Made by a program: the position numbers and the translations under genes. Under the pieces are notes generated by a model that worked only from the letters and a program-made list of their open reading frames with translations, was not told the DNA's origin and searched no databases. Shown piece by piece: positions 1-12,391 of a stretch of 64,000 nt of DNA (positions within the stretch are counted from its first letter, which is position 1; each line of letters opens with the position of its first letter). The stretch is taken from contig NGBS01000877.1 of NCBI GenBank assembly GCA_002245135.1, forward strand, positions 62,001 through 126,000, written 5' to 3'. The DNA comes from Proteromonas lacertae (Eukaryota).

Positions 1-146
1 TAAATAAATAAGGCAATAAAGAGGATCCAAAACACCACAAACACAATACAGCAAGGGAGGTTAGTACACTTCCTACCTTTATATTTATATTCGACCTTTT
101 CATTTTCATATGTATCAATTTTAGAAGAACCACAGCAGCAACCCAT
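1..146 (-). CDS. 5' end of a gene running off the window; N-terminus MGCCCGSS (myristoylation/palmitoylation-type) followed by a hydrophobic segment
   Basis: Minus strand from 146 reads MGCCCGSSKIDTYENEKVEYNIKVGSVLTSLAVLCLWCFGSSLLPYLF with no stop to the window edge. Confidence 0.55.
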   Translation of the reverse strand, partial: MGCCCGSSKIDTYENEKVEYKYKGRKCTNLPCCIVFVVFWILFIALFI

Positions 147-489
147 CTATAATTTTAAGAGAGTAAATTTTTTAAAAGCAGTTATTTTTTCGAGTTTTTA
201 AGCCTCACTGACTAAATATTGTTTAACCACATCAAAGACAATTTAAATATAACTATTCATCTTATCTTTACTTATTCAGATATTTATTATTGTTACTTGA
301 ATAAATAAGAACAAAAGCTTTAGTTTAAGCTATAATTCTTTAAAAGAACCATTACCTCTTATACGGATAATTAAAATAGATAGTAATAGCATTTATAATG
401 CTTATATGGTTATAAATCTGAGTCTTTTTATTAATCAAGACAACTCAATAAAATGAGTAAACAAATATGAAAAATATCTTTAATTCGAT

Positions 490-2600
490 TTAATAATTAT
501 TAGATTGCATTCTTCTTGTCAATTCAGTAAGTAGAGTCTTATATTGTTCTTTATTAATTATATTCTTACTCTCACCCCACATCAACACGTCAGTCATTGT
601 ACCAATTGCTTCACTCATCATATCTTCACCTTTCTTTAACATAAACAGATTAGTTGAAGTTAATTCGAAAGTTCCTGGTTCTTGGATCCAAGGTTCACCA
701 TCCATCTATACATAAATAAAATTATAACGACAATATATATACTTGCATGGCAATTCTTTGTGATAAATGGATCTTTGCTGACTTACATCTTGTAATAAAA
801 GTTGCTTTTGATAATCCTATATTCATCATTCCAGTATGAATTGTATCATCTAAACCATATATATCAATATATCCATCACAATTACTATGCTCAGTATCAT
901 CATCAGGATATATCTCAACTCCACCGCAATAATGGTTAATATTTAGAAATACTATACATTGAAATGATTGTAATTCTAATAGTTTATTATCACATTCTAA
1001 TTGAAGAGTAAAACACAAATAACCATTAAAGAAATATTTAACACATATATAAAAATAAAATAAAAATGATATAAATCAGTTAAAACAGCTGGTCCTTCAA
1101 TAAATTCTTCAATTCCTGCTTTAGTATACCATAATTTATTGATTAATCTACTAGTGAATAAATGTGGATTATGTTCTCTATAATTATGAAATTTCATTGT
1201 AACAGATGCATCTAAACCCATTCCCCAATAGCAATTAAATGATTTCTTTATTACATCACTTTTAGACTATAATAATAATAATAATAATAATAATAATTAA
1301 ATATATACTTTTTCTTTTTTATCATTTCTTATTACCACATTCCATCTATCAATATTACAGATTGGTGCACTTCTATATTCATTCAATAAATCTAATACAT
1401 CTTCACCATCATATCCTTTACCCCAATGTAATGTTCGACTCATATCATTACCTGTTCCTAATGGTAATACACCGATTGGAGGAGTATTATCGAATTGTAC
1501 ATTGTCTAAAACATTACTAACCCAATTAACTGAACCTTATAACAATTAAAGATAAATAACAAATATTATTTATTTAAAAAAAAAGGATATATCACCTCCA
1601 CATATCAAAATTCTAAGATTTTTATAATTCTTATAGAAATTTAGAAATTCTGTTGGATTATCGACTGATAAATCACACACTTGAATTGGATTTAATAATT
1701 GACGAAACTATTTTAATTATATATATATATATATATATATGTCAATACTTTTGGTAATAATTTACCTCCCCATAAACCACCAGCTTTTTTATTAATAAAT
1801 ACTATTATCACTTTACTATTATCATTATTATTGATAATTTCATATTCATTCATATTCTTCAAAGCATCTTGAGTAGTTTTCTTCTTTGGAGTAAATTTCT
1901 TTAATGCTGTTTCTAATTTTCTTTTGATTTTCGTTGGTGTATTTATTGGTTTTACAATTAATTCATTGTGGTTTTTATTATTATTAGTTTTTAATCGAAT
2001 ATTATTTGGAGATAAGATAATATCCTGTAATATCCCATAGTAACACTCTTTTGATATATATTTCTTACATTCACTATGTAAACAGCATTGACACCACATA
2101 CATCGATATCCTGATAGTTCCATTAAACTAACACAATCTTCACCACAATAACTGCAGATACTACTAATTGGGATATTTCCACATACCCATTGGTGTTCAT
2201 GTGGTTGACCGTTTGTATTTGTATTATATACGTGTTTACAATCGTATAATATTTGTTTGTGACAGTGGATGTGGGAAAATGAACCACAATATTCACATTT
2301 CAATACTTCTATTCAATGTTTTAATAAACTATATTTCTATACTTTCTCGATATGGTAACACAATTCTGCTACATATATTACAATATATTGGTTGTTCTGG
2401 TAAAGTCTCATACCATTTATGACCTTTCTCTCCATAATATACTATTCATTATATAAAAATAACATACTCTTTTCATATATTGGGTCAAAATAAGGCATGA
2501 TTTTTTGATAAAACAAGTATAATGCATAACATATGATGAAAATGACTATTGCATACTTGTATGCATATACAATTTCGATAAAATTATTCAAAATTTCCAT
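490..2600 (-). CDS. DGK: Diacylglycerol kinase (N-terminal TM helix, two C1 domains, DAGKc and DAGKa; DGK-epsilon-like), multi-exon
   Basis: Spliced motifs HQWVCGN..C..C, VFINKKAGG, CGGDGSVNWV, LPLGTGND, GLDA, MDGEPW; start MEILNNFIEIVYAYKYAIVIFIIC at 2600. Confidence 0.92.
1008..1072 (-). other. U12-type AT-AC intron (65 nt) in DGK
   Basis: 5' ATATCATTTT, branch TTCTTTAAT, 3' TTTTAC; removal joins two ORFs as LTDFLQLECD. Confidence 0.75.
1537..1590 (-). other. U12-type AT-AA intron (54 nt) within the DGK GGDG motif
   Basis: 5' ATATCCTTTT, branch ATCTTTAAT, 3' TTATAA; only these boundaries restore CGGD|GSVNWV. Confidence 0.75.
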
Positions 2601-3059
2601 TATTCAATATAGAAAAAAGAATAATAGTTGTCAAACCTCAAAAGGAATGCTTGATAGAATAAAAAACGAATTAATTTCTTGCATTTTTATTATTGACTGC
2701 TATTCAAGATGTAAAGTTAAATCTCAAGTAAACATATGATATAGTTTTTTGCATAGTCGCTTAGTAGACTTTTTAAATTTAGAAACATTTGAGTTAGATT
2801 GAAATAAAAGCTTGAATAGAGTGTCTTATCTTAATATAAATGTATTGATAGTATTGTATTTCCCTACACATCTATTAACAGTTTAACAAGCCACACAATT
2901 CTTATCCAATGGATTACTCCTCACCTTGATATTGTAAGTGGTAATATAACAATAATCCTACTTTACGTAGAGTTTCAACAACAAAGGAAGATAATATTTA
3001 AAACTTGTTTAAAAATCAGTTAAGCAAATATTTGTAACTAAAGCATTTTATTTAAAAAA

Positions 3060-3140
3060 GATAAACAAAGACTTTCCTTTCTCCTTTCAGTTACAATAGA
3101 AGGAACTCACCTAAAACCATTCGTCGTTGTAAACGGAAAG
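3060..3140 (+). mobile_element. Short remnant resembling a pogo/Tigger (DDE_1) transposase
   Basis: DKQRLSFLLSVTIEGTHLKPFVVVNGK resembles the K-R-T/S-vll....dG.kL.P.vI.kGK block of DDE_1 transposases; no flanking ORF. Confidence 0.4.
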
Positions 3141-3319
3141 ATTTTTCACAGTAATGTTTACTTAATATCATTTTGTTGTATATTTAAATTCTTTAATGTA
3201 TTTACAAACAATGGCTGTTGAGGAAAAGCACGTCTAATAAACAAAGGAAATCAAAAAATTTCTTTTACAACAAGTGATGATGAGATATCTCAAAAGTTTT
3301 GGAGTTAATTTCAAAAATA

Positions 3320-3560
3320 TCAAAACATATCCATAAGCTTGTTTAATTGCTTAGTAACAGATTCTAAATCTGATCTCTTTCCCTGTCCTATTTGTGCATA
3401 TCTATCTCCAAATTCTTTGTACTTACCTTCTTTAGAGCAATATTGTATGTTTTGTTCTTTGGATCGTTTAGCTATTTCCAAATGCCATTCATTACATTTT
3501 AAGAATCTTTTAGCTTGTTGCATATTCATAGATTTGTTGAACTGCCAATAAGCTTGTAAA
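3320..3560 (-). mobile_element. rep: Endogenous CRESS-DNA-virus Rep (HUH endonuclease) fragment
   Basis: LQAYWQF (degenerate motif II), HLEIAKRSKEQNIQYCSKEG (motif III YxxK) and QGKRSDL; SF3 helicase absent. Confidence 0.85.
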
Positions 3561-4248
3561 ACACACTCAATTTCTTCTACCTTACTGTATTACCATTAGT
3601 GCTATTAAAGTTTGATACTGCTTATACTAATTCATTCCAATAAAAGTATACTAATAAATCGTTCTTTGTCTTTAATTGAATCTATTTAAATATAAACAAA
3701 CATATACTATAAAACTGTACTTTAGCAAGGCATTCATCTTCTTATAAGAAGATTTAACCACGCATATTTTTGTTGTTGCTATTAAATTCACTCCATACCA
3801 GATAGATTATTTAATACACAATCTAATTAGCGAATATATCACGAGTGACTGTTGTATGGTATACAAAATTTACTAAAAACATCAAATCAAAATTAAAACT
3901 ACTAATTATTTAAAAATAAAAGAAAGCTATTTAAGTACTATATTTTTCATAGAATTCTCATATATTTTATGTGAAAATGTACAATATTCGCTTTACAAAT
4001 TAATACAGTACAATTGAAATGAATGTAGTGAGAAAAATTAAATATTTTCTTCAGATTGTATAATAGGTATATATATATATATATATATATCAGACAAAAG
4101 AGGGTATTATGATATGAAAGTAAGATAAGTAATACAAAAATACAAAAAATGGTGTATTTAAAAGTGTCTAATACATTAAAATACAAAAATAAAGATCAAA
4201 ATTTAAAGAAAATTTATTGGATTGAATTTGAAACGGATATATCCTTAA

Positions 4249-4710
<462 letters not shown>

Positions 4711-4744
4711 ATTATATGTTTTACACTTAATTGTGATAGAAACA

Positions 4745-4760
4745 GGTGTTTTTTAACACC
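4745..4760 (+). promoter_or_regulatory. Histone 3' UTR stem-loop
   Basis: GGTGTT-TTTT-AACACC, 6-bp stem and 4-nt loop flanked by AACA/ACAA, 34 nt after the H3 stop. Confidence 0.88.
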
Positions 4761-4837
4761 ACAATTATATTTAAGAAATTCAAGCACATACAACATGTTT
4801 TATATATAAACATAAATAGAAATATTAAAAAGAGTTC

Positions 4838-6814
4838 TTATGTAGTTTCTTCTTCACCTGAAAATTGAATTGTGAATTTAGAATTCCTTCTTATCATTTT
4901 CCTTTCAGTCCTTGCACTAGAAATCTTGGGCAATTCTATAATATCACTAGATGTTTTAGAATGTCTAACTAACCCACTGCTACTATTACATTTATTATTA
5001 GAATCATTACTACTCTTACCTTCTATTTTACTCATACTATCAGTTCTATATAATCCAACCTTTGGTTTCTTTTGCATATTACTACACACCGTTGGTCTTG
5101 TCAATCTATCTAATACATTATTAGTAATAGGTCGAGGTGGTAAATTAACTGCTAAATCTCGACTATTAGGTCTATTACTACCACGAGGTGTGTTAGAAGC
5201 AGTTACTGAGATTACTTCTTTCTTATCTTTTCGTTTATATTCTATAGGAGTAGCAGCGGATATTAATTCATTCAAATGATGGTTTGGTGTATTGGCTGTA
5301 TTTGTATTTGTTCTATTCTTAGGTGAATGTGGTGTACTTTTGGCACTTTGCATTTCTGTTATTCTTTTATTATTAATAGGTAAATTAGTTTTGAGTGGTG
5401 GTGGGATTATAATATCACTATTATCTTCCAATTTATTAAATTTCTTTGTATTAACTATCATACTTGAATTATTACTACTTAAGACTGTTGAAAATGAAGA
5501 TGTATTAGCTGTAATTGTGGTTAAACCGTCACTTATATGTTTAGTTAGCCAAGGATGACTGAATATTTCAGGTATTGTAATTCTCGTTGATGGATTTATA
5601 TCTAATAATCGTCTAATTAAGTCTCTACAATCGATACTTATTTCATCTGCTGATTTATAACTAAATTCACCACTATTTATAATATAAATAATAAATATTA
5701 TACTTTATTATTAATCTTTTTATTGTCTTTGAATCATTTAATTTATTCGTCAATATATTCATTTCAAATGGATGTCTACCAGTCATTAAGTAATATAATA
5801 TCACTCCTAATCCCCATATATCAAGAGGAGGTCCTTCTGAGGCTTGATCTGATAATATCTCAGGTGCCATATAACTAAATGAACCACACTATAGATTATA
5901 TATATATAAATACATATATATATATATATACTTTTGATTTAAAATCTTGACCTGGAATAAACACTCTACTCAATCCAAAATCACCTATTTTTATTACTTC
6001 ATTATTACTCTTCAACAATATATTTGCTAATTTAATATCACGATGAACATAACGTAGATTATGTGCATATGATAATGCATTTAATAATTGAATCATGTAA
6101 TTATAACAAGTTATTTCATCTAATCCATTAAAGTTGTTAAAACTATTTTTATTACTAATATTATATTTATTCATATATTCTTGAAGATCTCCATTCTCTG
6201 CATATTCAAATACAAATATTAAGTGCTTAGGATTGTCTATTACATCATATAATTTGATTATATTTGGATGGTCTATTCCCATTAATGTATGCATTTCACT
6301 AGTTACAAATTCTGCAGATTTTATTGTCTTTAAGTTTTTATTTATAAATTTTAATGCGAATAATTCACCGGAATTTAGATTTTTACCTAATCGGACTGAT
6401 CCAAATCCTCCATGACCTATTGTTTTACCAACTGTGTAACTTCCTATGATTATATTACCACTATTGTGTTCATGTAACTCTTTAGGTAGTTTAAATTGAG
6501 GATTATTGCTAAATATCAATGTGTCATTGTCTTCTATAGATAAAGTATCACTAATTTTCTCTCCCTGACGATTAAATAGGTAATTTGCTGTAGATACCAT
6601 ATTCAGTCTTTGACTACCATTATAAAGTATTTCATTAAGACTCCAATTTGAAGGTATGTACATTTCTATAGTTTATAATACACAATAAAAAAATACTCTT
6701 CCCGCTGCTTGAATCCCCATTTGTATAAACCGTTACTTGTTTAGATTGACTTTCATCCAAAAAATCATCACCAAAATAATTCTATGAAAAAGTAATTACG
6801 AAATAATGTACCAT
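4838..6814 (-). CDS. CAMK/MARK-like Ser/Thr kinase with N-terminal DCX/KHA-like domain and low-complexity C-tail
   Basis: GHGGFG, HRDIK, DFG, YMAPE, DIWGLG; N-terminal VTVYTNGD...LFNRQGEKI...IEDNDTLIFS resembles DCX/KHA ubiquitin-like folds. Confidence 0.85.
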
Positions 6815-7218
6815 TCTTGAAATAAATGTACTATATTACGAAATTAACGAGATTAGAAAAGGATTGAAGCTGTGAGAGATAAAATTCGACTATATAATAA
6901 CTACAAAAAACGAAAAAAACGAAAAATAAATATTATTTTTAAAAACATAGTCGTTTCAGTTAAAACCAAAAAACTGTTATATTTAATTTCAAAATGTATG
7001 GATAGAATATACCTTATTCATGAGTTAAAGTGTGTTTCTAGATTGTATCTCAATAATATCAACACTTTATTGCTTATTGTATTGTATGATACTAATATTA
7101 CAGCTTATTTGACATTTCACAAAGATAATATTAAGCATAAAAAGATATTATTTAGTTAGATACAATTTATTTTTTCTGAATACTAATCTTCCTATCTGAA
7201 ATTGAAATGTAAATTATT

Positions 7219-10200
7219 CTATAAGGTTGAAGGTTTGTTTTTTAATGAATAAGTATAATCCTTTTCATTCACATTTTTTTCAGGAGTGTAAGACTGAGAC
7301 ATATCAAAACATCTTTTCAATTCAAAACATAATGGCTGAATATTGAAATTAGTATAATCCTTAGTTCCAGAAATCTTTGGATTATTCTGTCTAAACAATA
7401 TATATATATAATAATTATACCTATATTCAAGTATTTCATTCTTCAACAAATCCTATTCAAATATATCATATCATAAATAACTATTATACTTTTATCTTTT
7501 CTACATCTAAATCTATATTATCAGTATTTACAGTTGAATTATCTGTATATTTATTAACAATATTTAACAGCTCATTGTTTCTAATACTATTCTTCACACA
7601 TTTTAATACTGCTTTAACATAAACACAACTACTTTTAATTTCTTCATATGTAGTTTTTTCTTTTAATTCATTCTTCTTCTTCTTTGAAACAAATGATTGA
7701 AGTAATTTTGGCTTTCTCTCTTCTAAAACTACTAAATAATCTTCTATATTTCCTATTATATCATTTATTTCTTGTCTGAGGCTATTTAATTCATCTTCAT
7801 CTAGTTTATTCTTCTTTACATCATTTTCTTTTTCAATAATTGCATTATATTGTTCATTATAATCAAATGATTCTTCATCTTCCTGTGGAATATCACTATA
7901 CTTCTTCTTCATTATTCTAAGTAAATTAAGTACATTATTACTCTATTTATTTATATAACATAATAATATAACATACTTTTCTTTCAACAAGTATTGATGT
8001 TACTTTTTTTAGATTCTCAATTGATGTTTTCAAATCTTGTGATTCATTATCCTTTAACCATTTTTCTATCTCTTTTATAGTCTTTTCATGTTTTGGAGGT
8101 AAAGCAGTTGAAGTCATAAAAGTTGTATAAGCACATTTAAGAGTTTTTGTTGAATCTAAAGGAGAAGTTTGATAATCATTACTTTTGTTATTGTTATTGT
8201 TAATATAATACTCACTAATCTTTGAATTGATCTGTTGTTTTATTTCATTTAATTCTCTTACATCTTGTATTGATAAAGCCATTGATACTCTTGGAGTTTG
8301 TTGATCTGTCGATGATAAAGGAATTTGGTCATAAATCATCTTCCAGTAATTATAAGTCATTTCATATTCAAAGTAGCTTGTTTTGTCCAATAGGGTTGTT
8401 AATTATCCATGTATTAATTGTTCCTTTTGCTTCAATTTCTAATCTTGCACTTCCTTTAATAATATTCAGTTTATTTAATAACTGTTTATTCTCCTCTTTC
8501 TATTATATGAATATAAATGAAAAATATAATAATAATTTATACTTCAATATCATAAAATAGACTTCTCATTTCATTGATTTCGTTAGTATAATCTTTGTCT
8601 TGTCTATCATCCTTTTCCTTAAAGAATTTATATTTCTTTTCTATGAATTCCTTCTTTATTTCTTCATTGTTTCTACATTTTTCGTTTATGAATCTGTCAT
8701 AATCATATCTATTTTGATAGTAATAATAATAGAAAATAAATACATTAACTTTTCATAATCATTCTTTATCTTCAATTAATTCCTTCTTTCTATTATCTAA
8801 TCCTTCAATATACTTTTCAATTCTTAATATCTCATTATAATAATCCATCTCACTTGGTTTTATATCTTCTACTTTTACATTGTTTAAGTCATTCAATTTC
8901 TCTTTTTCTTCTATCTCACTTATATCATATTCCCATTTACCTTCTTTTAATAAACAATAATAACAATTTCCACTACTGATACTTTCATCCATATTCATTG
9001 TTTCATTCAATTTTATATTATCTTTCTTCTTTAATATATCTTTTAATATACTCATTCTCATTGTTCCACCTATTATTATCACTTCTATCTTTTCTTCACC
9101 ATCTATCATTTCATTTAACATAATCTCAAATTTTGTTGTTATTTCTTTCAGTATTTCATTTAATTCATTTATACTAAAGATTCCTTCAAAATTATCTTCA
9201 TTTTTGTTTATTGATTCGATTGTGTAACTTATGCTACTAGATCCAGTTGCAGATAATTTTTCTTTCATTTCTATACATTTGTTTCTCAATTTCATAGAGA
9301 GTTTCAAACTACTATCTACATCACATTCAGGATAAAGAGTCTCTAATTTGTCTTTTACATAATCCATTAGTTTCTTATCTATTATTCGACCATTGATTTC
9401 TTTGTTGTCTTGATTCTTTATGAATTTACATTTCTTCTATTTTATATTATTATTAATTATATTATATTATATTATATTATTATTATATTATATTATATTA
9501 TATTATATATTTTATACTTTTTCGATTTCAAATAAACTCATACTACAGTTTGTATATCCAATATCAATTAATAATACTTTTTCACTTTCATTTATTATTT
9601 TTTCATTTTCATAACAATAACATAGCATTTTAGATAAATATTCTGGTATTATTAAATTATTTCTATATCCATATACTAACACCAATTCTTTCATCAATCT
9701 TCTTTGATTTTCATTATAATATGATGGAAATGAAAATACCATTTTACTATCATCTTTATTATTCTCATTTAATTTCATTAATTCATTTACATAATGTAAT
9801 ACCATCAAAAACATTTGATTCATTGAAAATTGATGTTTTTTTCCATTATATTTTATCTCGTAATAAACTAAATTGTGTTTTTTTTCATACTTATTCTTTA
9901 ATTCTTCACATTCATCCATATCTTTTGGTTTACCATAATTACTCTCATTGACACTATATGGTGATCTTGATTTACTATACGACTTGTTACTATGCTGAAA
10001 TTTAGTAGTTTCATGAGATGGACTATCTAATATTGACCTCCGAAGAGAAGATGGAACAATATCTGATATATTTTCATCATTTACTTCTACTACATCAATA
10101 GTCAAACTATTATCTTCTGAAGATGCTGGTTGATGATAATAAATATGCTCTATTAGGTTTAAATCAAGATAGGAATTATAATCATTTATCTCATCTTGCA

Positions 10201-10486
10201 ACAATGATCCAAATAACACTTTCTCAAATGTACATGCATTTTTTGGTTTTCTTTGTGACTAAATTCATATATTTAGAGAAATCATACTTTCTGTTGTGCT
10301 AGTTCATCAAATAATCGTTCTTGATCATCGAAATAGAAATAATTTCTATTCATTATATTAAATAATATACTTTAACTGTTTTTTACCCAAATCATTTTCA
10401 ATTATTCTTCTAACGAGCGATCCTTTTTTATTCTCTGATATTTTAGATACTACAATATTTCTGGACCCTATATCAATCCCGTACAT
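7219..10486 (-). pseudogene. Divergent Hsp70/Hsp110-like gene, copy A, with an apparent frameshift near 8765
   Basis: MYGIDIG, FSFPSYY, LLIDIG, IIIGGTMR, LNETMNMDE; frame breaks at KELIEDKE* and resumes in another frame as KNDYEKLI. Confidence 0.65.
8825..9830 (-). repeat. Left arm of ~1 kb near-identical inverted repeat shared by the Hsp70-like paralogs
   Basis: Reverse complement matches ~12808-13800, including the ATTAT-repeat intron. Confidence 0.9.
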
Positions 10487-10602
10487 GTTGTTTATAAAAA
10501 TGTCGTTAAATAAAAAATTATATCCGTTTCAAAAGATAAAAAAAGTGTATTAAAACATATAAAACTAACATATTATTTATTAATTTTATAACTCCTACAT
10601 TC

Positions 10603-12278
10603 TCACAATCCACATTCAGAATTTAATCTATCTACAATTCTTGGATTATAATTCACGTATTTATCCTGTGACACTTTGCCTTCAAATATCAACTCACTTG
10701 TTAATAATGCATCATAAAAATACTAACATATATAATAATAAAATAAATGTATAATATTATATATATATATATACATAAATAATAGCATAAACAATACAAA
10801 CAAGAAATGCAATAAACTTATACCTAAATAAACTAGAAAATTCCATAAATTTCACTCCATTAACACAAACTTGAGGTTGTTTTAAGTATTTACACTAAAT
10901 AATAATAATAATAATAATAATATAAATCAGTATACATTTAAACTAATCTCAGAATCTCTACAACACTTTCTAAAAGTTTCAGTGTAATGAAATGACAATG
11001 GAATTGTATTTATAATGATTAATAATAACATCATAAGTATAGGCAATAAACTAAATAATAAACTGACATCATCTCTACTTACACATAACATTTTCCTTTC
11101 ATATTTAACAACATAAATAAAACTAGTTGTATTTATAAGAGTATAAATTACTGAATAAACACAAAACTGATGTGATATTAAATCATATCCATACACCGAA
11201 TGTTTTCTTAATATCATAATGGTATAAATTATTTGATATAATAAACATAATAATAAACCTATTAATAATCTATTTTGGTACTTTTTTACAGTTTTTAATG
11301 TCATATGAATTACAGCTTCAACTGTTGGTTGGTATTTTGTTGTTGTATATCTTTTGTTCTTTTCTGTTTTTTCTTTTCCTTTTTCATTATCATCATCTTC
11401 TTTTTCTTCTCCAAATAAATCATTCATTATTTCTTCATGTATTTCATTATTAAGATCATTATTATCACTTTCTTTATATTCTGAAATTTGTCTAACTATT
11501 TTCCCTTCATTATATAGTTTCCAATAGGTTATTCTGGAATAATTATGCTAATAATTATAATATATAATATATAATTATACATTTGCTATTAAACTAACTA
11601 AAGTAGATATTATCATTATATATATTCTATATCTTATCTTCTGACAGAAATGTTCATAAAAAATATCATAATCATCACATTCATATGGTTCATTGTATAT
11701 ACTACAGAAATCACTAATGCTACTACTGTTATTAATAGTATTTTCATATAAATTAGAGGTTTTATTACAACAATGTTGGAATATATAGTTAATATGATTG
11801 TTATTATGAGTTGATCTTGTTGGTAAATATAAAAACAATACTAAGGATATTATCAACTGTACAGTTATTGTTCTATTTAAAAAATATTACCTTATTATAT
11901 ATATATATATATATATACTTTGAAAATGTGTCTAATACTCTATGATTAAAATGTTCTGCCAAATAAATATCTCTCAGATGACTTACAATGCAATTAATAA
12001 AACATAGTATATTTAGAATGGATATAAATCTACTATACATATGTGCATTTGTTGAAGGTTTAAGCAACATTTTCATTCCATTAGTTAAAAATATTACAGA
12101 AGTGGTCTATATTTTTAATTAACACATAATACTATCATCAAAACAATTAAAATTATCTGGGAGGTTGATCTATTTGATTTAGAATTGCCTTTACCATTAC
12201 CACTTCTTGTACTATTACATAAAAATATCTATAGTATTACTTTAACTTGTAGCAGATGTAGCTAATGGTTGCTATCAT
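10603..12278 (-). CDS. Multi-pass membrane protein, unknown family, multi-exon
   Basis: Several hydrophobic exons separated by short GT-AG introns; Cys-containing loops. Confidence 0.6.
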
Positions 12279-12391
12279 GAGAAAATTAAATATTAAAAAT
12301 GCTTGGCTTGAATTAAAATTAATCAAATCAAACTTATTTTTATCGTTTCAACTCAGTATTTCTTATATAGACATAGATTCTATAATATAAA

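Noticed and set aside
2892..2945. HTILIQWITPHLDIVSGN resembling a retroelement RNase H motif
   Set aside because: Too short, lacks NE.AD, and the GN part falls in an intron-like GTAAGT...GTAG stretch
3585..3593. CTGTATTAC as a CRESS origin nonanucleotide
   Set aside because: Does not fit NANTATTAC and has no flanking stem
3947..4186. 79-aa hydrophobic ORF upstream of H3
   Set aside because: AT-rich intergenic DNA containing a (TA)n tract; no homology pattern
4872..5558. Leu-rich plus-strand ORFs, and similar ones at 16254, 17759, 26152, 29415, 51297 and 61310
   Set aside because: Antisense shadows of real genes caused by codon bias
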